DNA of 32,274 bases from Patescibacteria group bacterium (lineage in GTDB: Bacteria > Patescibacteriota > Patescibacteriia > UBA2591 > CALHIP01): contig JBKBVX010000002.1 in assembly GCA_046289355.1 (NCBI GenBank), positions 1 through 32,274 on the forward strand, in the 5' to 3' direction. The notes under the pieces were generated by a model. It worked only from the letters and a program-made list of their open reading frames with translations, was not told the DNA's origin and did no database searches. Positions 9,107 through 16,581 of this stretch are shown piece after piece. Made by a program: the position numbers and the translations under genes. Within the stretch, counting starts at the first letter, position 1; each line of letters begins with the position of its first letter.

Positions 9107-10021
9107 TTATTTTCGGTAAAACTGAGCTGCTTTTTCCGGTGGCAAAGAATTGACAATAATCCCTGAACCAAGTTCAACACCAGCCCAAATTGATTCACGT
9201 GGCTGGATTTTTAAATAAAAGTGTTGATCTGGATCATGAACAATTTGATGGAAGAAAAAATTGTATTCCAAATTTAAAATAAAAATTTTAACTAAAATTT
9301 TTTTTAAAACTTTAGCAAAAGAAATAGTTTCTTTTTTTGTTAATTCAGTAATATTATCAACATGTCTTCTTGGTAAAATCCAGGCTTCATAATGATATTC
9401 AGAAGCATAAGGACAAAAGGCAACTATTTCTTTATTTGAAAAAATTTTTCTTGGTCCTTTTTCTTCTTTTTTTAAGATTTGACAATAAGGACAAACTCCT
9501 TTTTCTGATTTATATTTTCTCGCCGCTGACTGTTCCTCAACAACTTCCGGTGGTAAAATCTTTGAGGCAAAAACTTGAGAATGGGCATGAATTAAAGTAG
9601 CACCGGCTTTAGAACCTTCATTTTTAAAGACCAAGATGTATTCAATATCTTTAATTTTGGAAAGATTTTTAATTCGATCTTTGTAAACCTCAAGAAGACC
9701 AACTATTTCTTCTAATTTAAATTGGGCTAATTGTTTAAAATGATCAGGAGTATCAATCAAAACTTCATGTTGACCATAGGCTTTTGGATTATCTAAGGTG
9801 ACAATTGGATATTTATTTTTTAAAGCCAAATATTGCCAATTTTTTAAAGAAGGATAGGCTTTAATAACTAAATTTTTCTCAATATGAGAAGGGCAAAATG
9901 GACAACTTTTTTCAGGAATAATAATAGCCTTAGCAATTGTCCCTCGTGGTCTTTTTGCCCGACCTGGAGTAATAATGACATATTTATCTAAGAAATAATG
10001 TTTACGAATTTCTGATTTCAT
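9107..10021 (-). CDS. galT: GalT-superfamily hexose-1-phosphate nucleotidyltransferase / NDP-sugar phosphorylase-like enzyme
   Basis: 304 aa with a CPFCP zinc motif, HEVLIDTPDH and the His-x-His-x-Gln active site (IHAHSQV). Its start lies 20 nt inside the end of the upstream glgA-like gene. It is the last gene of the glucan operon. Confidence 0.75.
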   Translation of the reverse strand: MKSEIRKHYFLDKYVIITPGRAKRPRGTIAKAIIIPEKSCPFCPSHIEKNLVIKAYPSLKNWQYLALKNKYPIVTLDNPKAYGQHEVLIDTPDHFKQLAQFKLEEIVGLLEVYKDRIKNLSKIKDIEYILVFKNEGSKAGATLIHAHSQVFASKILPPEVVEEQSAARKYKSEKGVCPYCQILKKEEKGPRKIFSNKEIVAFCPYASEYHYEAWILPRRHVDNITELTKKETISFAKVLKKILVKIFILNLEYNFFFHQIVHDPDQHFYLKIQPRESIWAGVELGSGIIVNSLPPEKAAQFYRK

Positions 10022-11480
10022 AATTTAAGAGTTTTTTATAAAGGGATAAATATTTTTTAGCAGAAATCTGCCAAGAAAAATTTTTCCTCATTGCTTTCTT
10101 TTGAATGATTCGCCAGATCTTTTTATTTTGAAAAATTTTAATCGCCTTTTTAAGAGTAATCAACAATTCATCAGAACTGTATTTTTTAAAAACAAAGCCA
10201 GTTCCTTTAACTTTATTGTTTATTACTTTAACATTTTCGACGGTATCTTTCAAGCCACCGACTGCTCGAACAACAGGAATTGTTCCATATTTCATAGAGA
10301 TCATTTGACCTAAACCACAAGGTTCAAAACGAGATGGCATTAAAAATAGATCTGCTCCAGCATAAATTTTTTGGGCCAGTTTTGCGTCAAAACCAATTTT
10401 GGTATAGACATTTTTTGGATATTTTCTGGCCAAATCTAAAAGTTGATTTTCGTAAAAATCTTGTCCCTGCCCTAAAAAAACAAACTGAACACCAATTTTT
10501 ATTAGCTCCGGAGCAATTTGGACAATCAATTCAGAACCTTTTTGATCAGTCAGTCGCCCGACAAAACCAAAAATTGGAGAAGAAGAAATTGGTAAATGAC
10601 AATTTTCTTGTAAATCTTTTTTGTTAATTTCTTTTCTCTCTAAAGTTTTGATTGAATAATTAATTTTAATTTCTTTATCATTTTCTGGTGAAAACCTTTC
10701 TTCATCAATACCATTTAAAATGCCAAATAAATCTTTTTTTCTTTTTTTCAATGTCTTTTCTAAACCTTCGCCAAATTCTTGAGTCAAAATTTCTTTAGCA
10801 TAAGATGGGCTGACTGTATTAATCAAATCAGCATTAAGAATTCCTTGTTGGAGAAGATTAAGATCTAATTGTTCTGGACCAAATTTTATTTTTAAAGATT
10901 CATTTTCATTACCTTTTAGTCCAAGGAAATCAAAAATTTTTTCGGCCTGCCATCTCCCCTGATTAGCTAGGTTATGAATGGTCAATAAACTTCGAATTTT
11001 GAATTTTAAATTTTGGCTTGGTAATTTTATCAAAAGTGGCAAAATTGCGCAGTGCCAATCCTGACAATGAATAATTTCCGGTTGCCAATTTAAGAGAGGC
11101 AAAATTTCTAAAATTGATTTTGAGAAAAATAAAAAACGCTCTATTTCGATAAATTTCTCAACGAAGGCAGTTTTTTCAAAATAAATATCACCACTGCTTA
11201 AGTATTTCTTATTTTCAATTAAATAAACTAAAACCTCAGATTGAGGAATTTTTGTTTTATAAATTTTTATCAATTCATCAACTTGGCCGAATCTGATCCT
11301 TTTTTCATTTAAAAATTTAAGCGGATATTTTTTCTCATCAATAATCTCATAACGGGGTAAAACAACTCTAATATCAACACCTAATTTTTTTAAAGCTTTT
11401 GGTAAGGCACCGGATACATCCCCTAAACCACCAACTTTAGCTAAAGGAGTTAATTCAGAAGTAGCAAAAAGGACTTTCAT
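10002..11480 (-). CDS. glgA: glycogen/starch synthase (GT5, GlgA-like), paralog 1
   Basis: 492 aa. N-terminal KVLFATSELTPLAKVGGLGDV (K-x-GGL motif), HCQDWH, TIHNLANQG and C-terminal PSRFEPCGLGQM. Confidence 0.9.
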   Translation of the reverse strand: MKVLFATSELTPLAKVGGLGDVSGALPKALKKLGVDIRVVLPRYEIIDEKKYPLKFLNEKRIRFGQVDELIKIYKTKIPQSEVLVYLIENKKYLSSGDIYFEKTAFVEKFIEIERFLFFSKSILEILPLLNWQPEIIHCQDWHCAILPLLIKLPSQNLKFKIRSLLTIHNLANQGRWQAEKIFDFLGLKGNENESLKIKFGPEQLDLNLLQQGILNADLINTVSPSYAKEILTQEFGEGLEKTLKKRKKDLFGILNGIDEERFSPENDKEIKINYSIKTLERKEINKKDLQENCHLPISSSPIFGFVGRLTDQKGSELIVQIAPELIKIGVQFVFLGQGQDFYENQLLDLARKYPKNVYTKIGFDAKLAQKIYAGADLFLMPSRFEPCGLGQMISMKYGTIPVVRAVGGLKDTVENVKVINNKVKGTGFVFKKYSSDELLITLKKAIKIFQNKKIWRIIQKKAMRKNFSWQISAKKYLSLYKKLLNYEIRNS

Positions 11481-11486
11481 AGAAAA

Positions 11487-12368
11487 CTATCTTTTAATTT
11501 TTGACAATAATTTTTTAATTTCTTTGTCAATGCCAATTTTAAAATATTGCCAAAGACTTCTAATAGGAAAACCCCATTCTTCTGGTAAATCACCATGGAA
11601 ATCAGAGCCAATACTGACAAGAAATCCTAATTCTTTAGCTATTTTTTGATAATGCTCAATATTAGCCCAATTATGATGAGAAGAAATAGCTTCAATACCA
11701 TCTAATCCTTTTTTCTTTAAAATTGGAAAAAGCCAATCATCTCGCCAACTAAGTTGTTGAACTGGATGAGCCAGCACAACTAAACCACCAGCTTTTTTAA
11801 TCAAATCAATAGCTGTAGGAAGAAAAATTTCACTTTTTTGCCAAATTTTCTGAGCAGATTCAAGAAAATAACGCTTAAGAATTTCTCCAGAAGTAATAAT
11901 TTCTTTATTTTTGAAATCTTTTCTTATTTTTTTAAAATTAATAGGGTTATCCTTAATTAATTCCACTATCCAACTGATTCCTAAATAGGAAGGTAAAAAT
12001 TTGTCCTTTCTTTTTTCTATTATCCAACCATCTTTTTCTATTTCTTTGAGATACTGAGCAACTCTTTGAGCATGTTTAATCTGATTTTCTTTAAAGAAAA
12101 GATTGATTTTTTTATCTTTCGGATCAAAATTATATCCCAAAATATGAAGGTGATAATTTCTAAAAAAAGTATAAATTTCCACTCCAGGAATAACCTTTAT
12201 CCCAAACTTTTTACCAAAATCAATTGCTTCTTTTATCCCATCAAGACAATGGTGATCAGTTAAGGAAATAACAGAAAAACCATTTTTCTTTGCTTTTTTT
12301 ATTAATTCTTGAGGCGAATAAATACCATCAGAATAAAAAGAATGAAGATGAAGATCAATATATTTCAT
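11487..12368 (-). CDS. PHP-domain metal-dependent phosphoesterase (COG0613/TrpH-like)
   Basis: 293 aa with YIDLHLHSFYSDG, ISLTDHH, VIPGVEI, LAHP and GSDFHG, the histidine/aspartate clusters of the PHP fold. Its ATG overlaps the kinase TGA (ATGA). Confidence 0.8.
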   Translation of the reverse strand: MKYIDLHLHSFYSDGIYSPQELIKKAKKNGFSVISLTDHHCLDGIKEAIDFGKKFGIKVIPGVEIYTFFRNYHLHILGYNFDPKDKKINLFFKENQIKHAQRVAQYLKEIEKDGWIIEKRKDKFLPSYLGISWIVELIKDNPINFKKIRKDFKNKEIITSGEILKRYFLESAQKIWQKSEIFLPTAIDLIKKAGGLVVLAHPVQQLSWRDDWLFPILKKKGLDGIEAISSHHNWANIEHYQKIAKELGFLVSIGSDFHGDLPEEWGFPIRSLWQYFKIGIDKEIKKLLSKIKR

Positions 12369-13405
12369 AGTTTTAGATTGATTAATTCTTTTTCTGCCAA
12401 ATCAAGACTCTTTTTGACAGCTAAAATTTTGTCTTTTGGTGGCCAGATCACAAAAGATAAAATACCAGCCATTTGTAAAAAGTTTCTTATTTTAAAGAAT
12501 TTTATTCTTATCCACTCACTTTTTCCTATCTTTTTTTTAAAATAGTTTTTTAAAAAGATATTTTCTATATTTTTTTGGTAAAGTAAAAATTTCTTAGGAA
12601 GATAATATCTTAACATTGATTCAGTTTGAGCTAAAAATGAGGCAACGTCATTTAATGGATCATAGAGATCACTTTCGCTAAAATCAAGAATTTTTATTTT
12701 CTTTCCACTAAGAATAAGATTGCCAAAATGAAAGTCACCATGGGTTAAGATATAATCATTTTCTTTAAGAAAAAAGTTTTTGTTTCTTTCCCTAAATTTT
12801 TTCAATGAATAATAAATTTTTTTCATTCTTTTTTCAAAAGAAGGTAAACATTTTCTTATTAGAAAAAACCAATGACGATGTTCTTTTTCTTCTTCTTTTT
12901 TATTTTTAATAATAGGAAAATCTTTAATTTTCAAAGAATGGAATTTCTTAAGGAGAAGACCAATTTGAGGAATAATTTTTAAAATCTTAGAAATCCTTTT
13001 TTCTTGAAGAATATCTTGTAAAGATTTACCTTTTATTTCTTTATAAAATACTACATTAAAAGAAGGAAGATAATCTAAAATAACTGGTATTTCTTTAAAA
13101 CAATTTTTCTTTAAAAGTTTTGCCACTAAAAACCATCTTTTTGGCACTGTTGTTAAAGCATTGATTTTAGCTAAAACATTTTCTTTTCTTTTATATCTTC
13201 CAAAATTTAAAAATAATTTATATCTAATGGTCAAATTTTTAAATTTGCCTAAAAAATTTCTTAATATCTCAATTTCAAGATCATCTATTTTCGCCCCAGG
13301 AAAATATTTTTTTATTTTCCGATTAAAAAGGTTAATTACCCAATCTTTATCTAAAAACTTTTTTATCTTTTTTTTGCTGATTTTCTTTTTCAACTTAATA
13401 AACAT
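12365..13405 (-). CDS. APH-fold (aminoglycoside/choline/maltose-kinase-like) phosphotransferase
   Basis: 346 aa with the catalytic loop THGDFHFGNLIL and the metal-binding segment ILDFSESDLYDPLNDVASFL. The substrate cannot be read from the sequence. Confidence 0.7.
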   Translation of the reverse strand: MFIKLKKKISKKKIKKFLDKDWVINLFNRKIKKYFPGAKIDDLEIEILRNFLGKFKNLTIRYKLFLNFGRYKRKENVLAKINALTTVPKRWFLVAKLLKKNCFKEIPVILDYLPSFNVVFYKEIKGKSLQDILQEKRISKILKIIPQIGLLLKKFHSLKIKDFPIIKNKKEEEKEHRHWFFLIRKCLPSFEKRMKKIYYSLKKFRERNKNFFLKENDYILTHGDFHFGNLILSGKKIKILDFSESDLYDPLNDVASFLAQTESMLRYYLPKKFLLYQKNIENIFLKNYFKKKIGKSEWIRIKFFKIRNFLQMAGILSFVIWPPKDKILAVKKSLDLAEKELINLKL

Positions 13406-13407
13406 AT

Positions 13408-15357
13408 CTAATTTATAAGTTTAAATCCAGTGATTTTGAATTTAAAGGCAAAAAATTGACGATAAGGAATTTCAACTCTTTTATTTTTGAAAAATTTTTC
13501 TTTCCATCCATTATCTTCTATCAAAATTGATAAACTGATTTTTTTCCCTTTATTTTTATCAAGAGATTTTAATAAATTCAAGAACCAAAAAATAAAGGAA
13601 TTTTCAGTAAGATTAATTATTATTTTTTTGCCTTTTACTTTATATTGACATTGATTTTTATTGCCATAAATTCCTTCTTGAGGAAAACAAGCACCGGAAA
13701 AACTATTCCATCCATCATTTAAATAAAATTTTATCTCTTTTGAAGGAAACTCACTAAGATAGAGATTACCATTTTTATCCTGAGATAAACCTAATGGACC
13801 TAATTTCTTTTGTAAAAGAGATCTTTTAATTGCCTCTTTTAGTTTTAATCTTTGTTCTTTTAAAAATTTTTTCTCTGAAAAATCCTCGAAAGATTTTTTA
13901 ACTAATGGAGAAAATTCATCAATCGAATGTTCATAAAAAGATTTTAGAGATGGAAGTTGACGGACAATTCTTAAATCATCAACAACATGTAAAACATCAT
14001 AGATATCAGTTCCTTCTTTTAATTTATAAATTGCATCTCGCCATTTAATTGCTTTTTCAAATTCTAAATTTTCAATTGCTTTTCTCATTTCATCTTCAAA
14101 TTCTAAAATCATTAGATTATACCAATCAGTTGGTGTTCTTCTTTTAAAAGGGATCTTTTCCTTAGTTTTATAAAAATTTCGATAAATTTCTCTAATTTTC
14201 CCACTTCTTTGCCAATCAAAGGCAATTTTTAAAATATCTTGGTAATATTTTTCAGCTCTTTTTTTCGCTTTTTCATCTGGCATCAAAAAAATTATTTTTT
14301 TCAAATTATAGGCACCTTGCTCAATCATTTCTAAACTCCACCAAGGCATAGCTGAGGCCCACCAATACTGATCAGAAGAAATTGCTTTATCTAATTCATC
14401 TCTAATTTTTTGATAATTTTTAAGTTTTTTATTTTTTTCTACTTCATTAATAACAAAATAAGTAAATTCCCATTGGAGTTGATGAATTGGATTCTTTGGA
14501 TGTTGCCAAAGAATAAAAGGAGAAAATTCTCCTTTTTCTTTTTCTTTTATCAACCAGAAATCTTGTTCTTCTGAAGACCAAGTAGAGGGGCGAGGAATAA
14601 TTTTTTCCTTGCTCTTAAATTTTTCTAAAATTTCAGAAATTTTTACTTTCTTAATAGATTTGTCTTTAAAAATTTCTTGGAAAAATTTCTCTAAACCTGG
14701 ACGATGATGTCCAAAAGTCTCTGCATCCATGACAGTTAAAAGATATCGATTTTTTCTTAGATCATCTTTTAATTCAATTTTTAATGAATTTATATTTCTG
14801 ATAATAGCTGAAAGAATCAAAACACTAATTCTTTTATCGCGGAAAATAATATAAAAATTAGAAAGATTTTTAATTTGATAAATTTTTTGAAAATCTGGTT
14901 TTTGTGGAGAGGCTAATTCCTCAGCTAAAATATATTTAAAACCTAATTTTTTAGCTATCTGAGCAACTTTAAAATCATAAGCCAATTCTGGTGAGAAAAA
15001 ACCTTTTGGCTGATAAAGATTACCAAAATATTTTCTACTTGTTTTATTATTAATTAAAATCTGACGCTTAATTTCTGACTCTGGTAAAAGAGGCAAAAAA
15101 GGATGATATTTGGCTGAACCAGTGAATTCAATCTGACTGCGTTTTGCCAAAAACCTAAAGTCATCAATCACATCTTTATAACCATTTTTTTCTAAAATTT
15201 CTAAAAGACCAGCATTGATATTAACTGTCATTTTAGCCTTTGGGTTATCTTTTAAGATTTTTAATAATTTCCGATAACTTTCATTAACAACTCTTTCTAA
15301 GATATCTTTTTGCTGAAAATATGGTTGATAGAAATGGAGGAAAATAGACCAGAGCAT
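13408..15357 (-). CDS. GH57 family glycoside hydrolase/transferase, long form with a UVR-like motif and an unassigned C-terminal domain
   Basis: 649 aa. The five GH57 conserved regions are recognisable: HFYQP, QIEFTGSAKYHPFLP, GFFSPELAY (nucleophile-position Glu), MDAETFGHH (acid/base-position Asp) and SSDQYWWAS. Residues about 413-446 (MILEFEDEMRKAIENLEFEKAIKWRDAIYKL) look like a UVR motif. The last ~135 aa are beta-rich and unassigned. Confidence 0.85.
   Translation of the reverse strand: MLWSIFLHFYQPYFQQKDILERVVNESYRKLLKILKDNPKAKMTVNINAGLLEILEKNGYKDVIDDFRFLAKRSQIEFTGSAKYHPFLPLLPESEIKRQILINNKTSRKYFGNLYQPKGFFSPELAYDFKVAQIAKKLGFKYILAEELASPQKPDFQKIYQIKNLSNFYIIFRDKRISVLILSAIIRNINSLKIELKDDLRKNRYLLTVMDAETFGHHRPGLEKFFQEIFKDKSIKKVKISEILEKFKSKEKIIPRPSTWSSEEQDFWLIKEKEKGEFSPFILWQHPKNPIHQLQWEFTYFVINEVEKNKKLKNYQKIRDELDKAISSDQYWWASAMPWWSLEMIEQGAYNLKKIIFLMPDEKAKKRAEKYYQDILKIAFDWQRSGKIREIYRNFYKTKEKIPFKRRTPTDWYNLMILEFEDEMRKAIENLEFEKAIKWRDAIYKLKEGTDIYDVLHVVDDLRIVRQLPSLKSFYEHSIDEFSPLVKKSFEDFSEKKFLKEQRLKLKEAIKRSLLQKKLGPLGLSQDKNGNLYLSEFPSKEIKFYLNDGWNSFSGACFPQEGIYGNKNQCQYKVKGKKIIINLTENSFIFWFLNLLKSLDKNKGKKISLSILIEDNGWKEKFFKNKRVEIPYRQFFAFKFKITGFKLIN
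14338..14395. repeat. 58-nt block, 56/58 identical to 15580-15637 (copy 1, inside the long GH57 gene)
   Basis: Direct reading: ccaccaaggcAtagctgaGgcccaccaatactgatcagaagaaattgctttatctaat versus the same string with G and A at the two capitalised positions. The last 39 nt are identical. Confidence 0.9.
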
Positions 15358-15360
15358 ATT

Positions 15361-16575
15361 TTATTTTAATATCTTACCACCAAAATATCTAATTGGTTCA
15401 TTTTTAAGATAACTTTCTTTTAACTTTTTGGCATAACCAGAATTTTGCCATTCTTTAGCCATTAAAATTATTTTATTTTTCAATTTTTCTGCTTTTTTAA
15501 AAATTTTTTCATCTAAATTTTTTAATTTTTTTAACACTTCAATAAACATTTCTGCTCCTTGTGAAATAATTTCTACTGACCACCAAGGCGTAGCTGAAGC
15601 CCACCAATACTGATCAGAAGAAATTGCTTTATCTAATAATTTTTTTGCTTTTTTATAATTTATATCTTTCTTTGAATTTTCAATTTCCTTTATTACTAAA
15701 TAAGTCAATTGCCATTGAGCTTGATGAATAGGATTTTCTGGATGTTGCCAGAGATTAAAGAAAATTTTTCTTTTTAATTCCTCTTTTTTTGACGCCCAAG
15801 AACAATTTAATGGTTCAATAATTTCTTCTCTTTGATAAATTTTTAATAATTCAGAGATAGTTATAGTTTTTATTTTTTTTATTAATTTTTCAAAGATTTT
15901 TTCAGTTCCTGGTTTATGATGACCTAAATTTTCACCATCGAAAGCAGTAATAAGAAAATTATCACAGCGACCATCGTGTCTTAAAGCTTGCCAAAATTTT
16001 TCTTCTGAATCAAGCCAGCCAGTGAAAAAAATATCGGAAAGACCTCGATTACGGAAGACAACTTTTAATCTACTTCTTTTAATTCGATAATTTTTTTCAA
16101 AACTTACTTCACCAATCCTACCTTGATAAGCAATTTCATCTAAAATCAGCCATTTATAACCTAAAGATTGAATAATTTTGGCTATCTTTTTATTATAGGC
16201 CATCTCTGGAGGAAAAAAACCTTTTGGTCGCCAGACTTCCTCAAAATATTTCTTATTTATATTTTCATTTAATCTGATTTGGCGAATAATTTCTTTTTGA
16301 GGAATAAGGGGTAAAAGAGGATGATAGATAGCTGAACCAACAAGTTCAATCTGACCATTTTCAACTAATTTTTTTATTCTTTTTAAAATTTCTTTAAAAT
16401 CATTTTTTACTAAAAGTTCAGTTAAACTTCCACAAATATTTAAAGTAATTCTTGCTTTTTGATTCTTTTCTAATATTTTAAGAATAGGTGAATAAGATTC
16501 TCGAACAACCTTTACAATAATTTCTTTTTTTTGCCAGTGAGGTTGATAAAAATGAAGGAAAGGGGACCAAAGCAT
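15361..16575 (-). CDS. GH57 family glycoside hydrolase/transferase, short form
   Basis: 404 aa, a paralog of the N-terminal 400 aa of the neighbouring gene: HFYQP, GQIELVGSAIYHPLLP, GFFPPEMAY, FDGENLGHH, SSDQYWWAS. Confidence 0.85.
   Translation of the reverse strand: MLWSPFLHFYQPHWQKKEIIVKVVRESYSPILKILEKNQKARITLNICGSLTELLVKNDFKEILKRIKKLVENGQIELVGSAIYHPLLPLIPQKEIIRQIRLNENINKKYFEEVWRPKGFFPPEMAYNKKIAKIIQSLGYKWLILDEIAYQGRIGEVSFEKNYRIKRSRLKVVFRNRGLSDIFFTGWLDSEEKFWQALRHDGRCDNFLITAFDGENLGHHKPGTEKIFEKLIKKIKTITISELLKIYQREEIIEPLNCSWASKKEELKRKIFFNLWQHPENPIHQAQWQLTYLVIKEIENSKKDINYKKAKKLLDKAISSDQYWWASATPWWSVEIISQGAEMFIEVLKKLKNLDEKIFKKAEKLKNKIILMAKEWQNSGYAKKLKESYLKNEPIRYFGGKILK
15580..15637. repeat. 58-nt block, 56/58 identical to 14338-14395 (copy 2, inside the short GH57 gene)
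   Basis: See copy 1. Both copies encode the GH57 region-5 peptide AISSDQYWWASA(M/T)PWW. Confidence 0.9.
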
Positions 16576-16581
16576 ATAAAA

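Noticed and set aside
8276-9198. Minus-strand ORFs 8276-8647, 8759-8989 and 8986-9198. Similar antisense ORFs occur at 1495-1683, 2920-3102, 5018-5347, 5363-5578, 6165-6500, 6750-6977 and 7623-7808.
   Set aside because: All are embedded antisense in, or out of frame with, confidently identified genes (infB, mpg, pyrG, hsp20, vanW). They have hydrophobic or low-complexity translations typical of AT-rich shadow ORFs.
10101-13418. Plus-strand ORFs 10101-10313, 10334-10627, 12066-12263, 12309-12545 and 13161-13418, and the ORFs at 16607-17064 on both strands.
   Set aside because: They are shadow ORFs antisense to, or out of frame within, glgA, the PHP gene, the kinase gene and glgA2. They have no motifs, and several have non-canonical starts.
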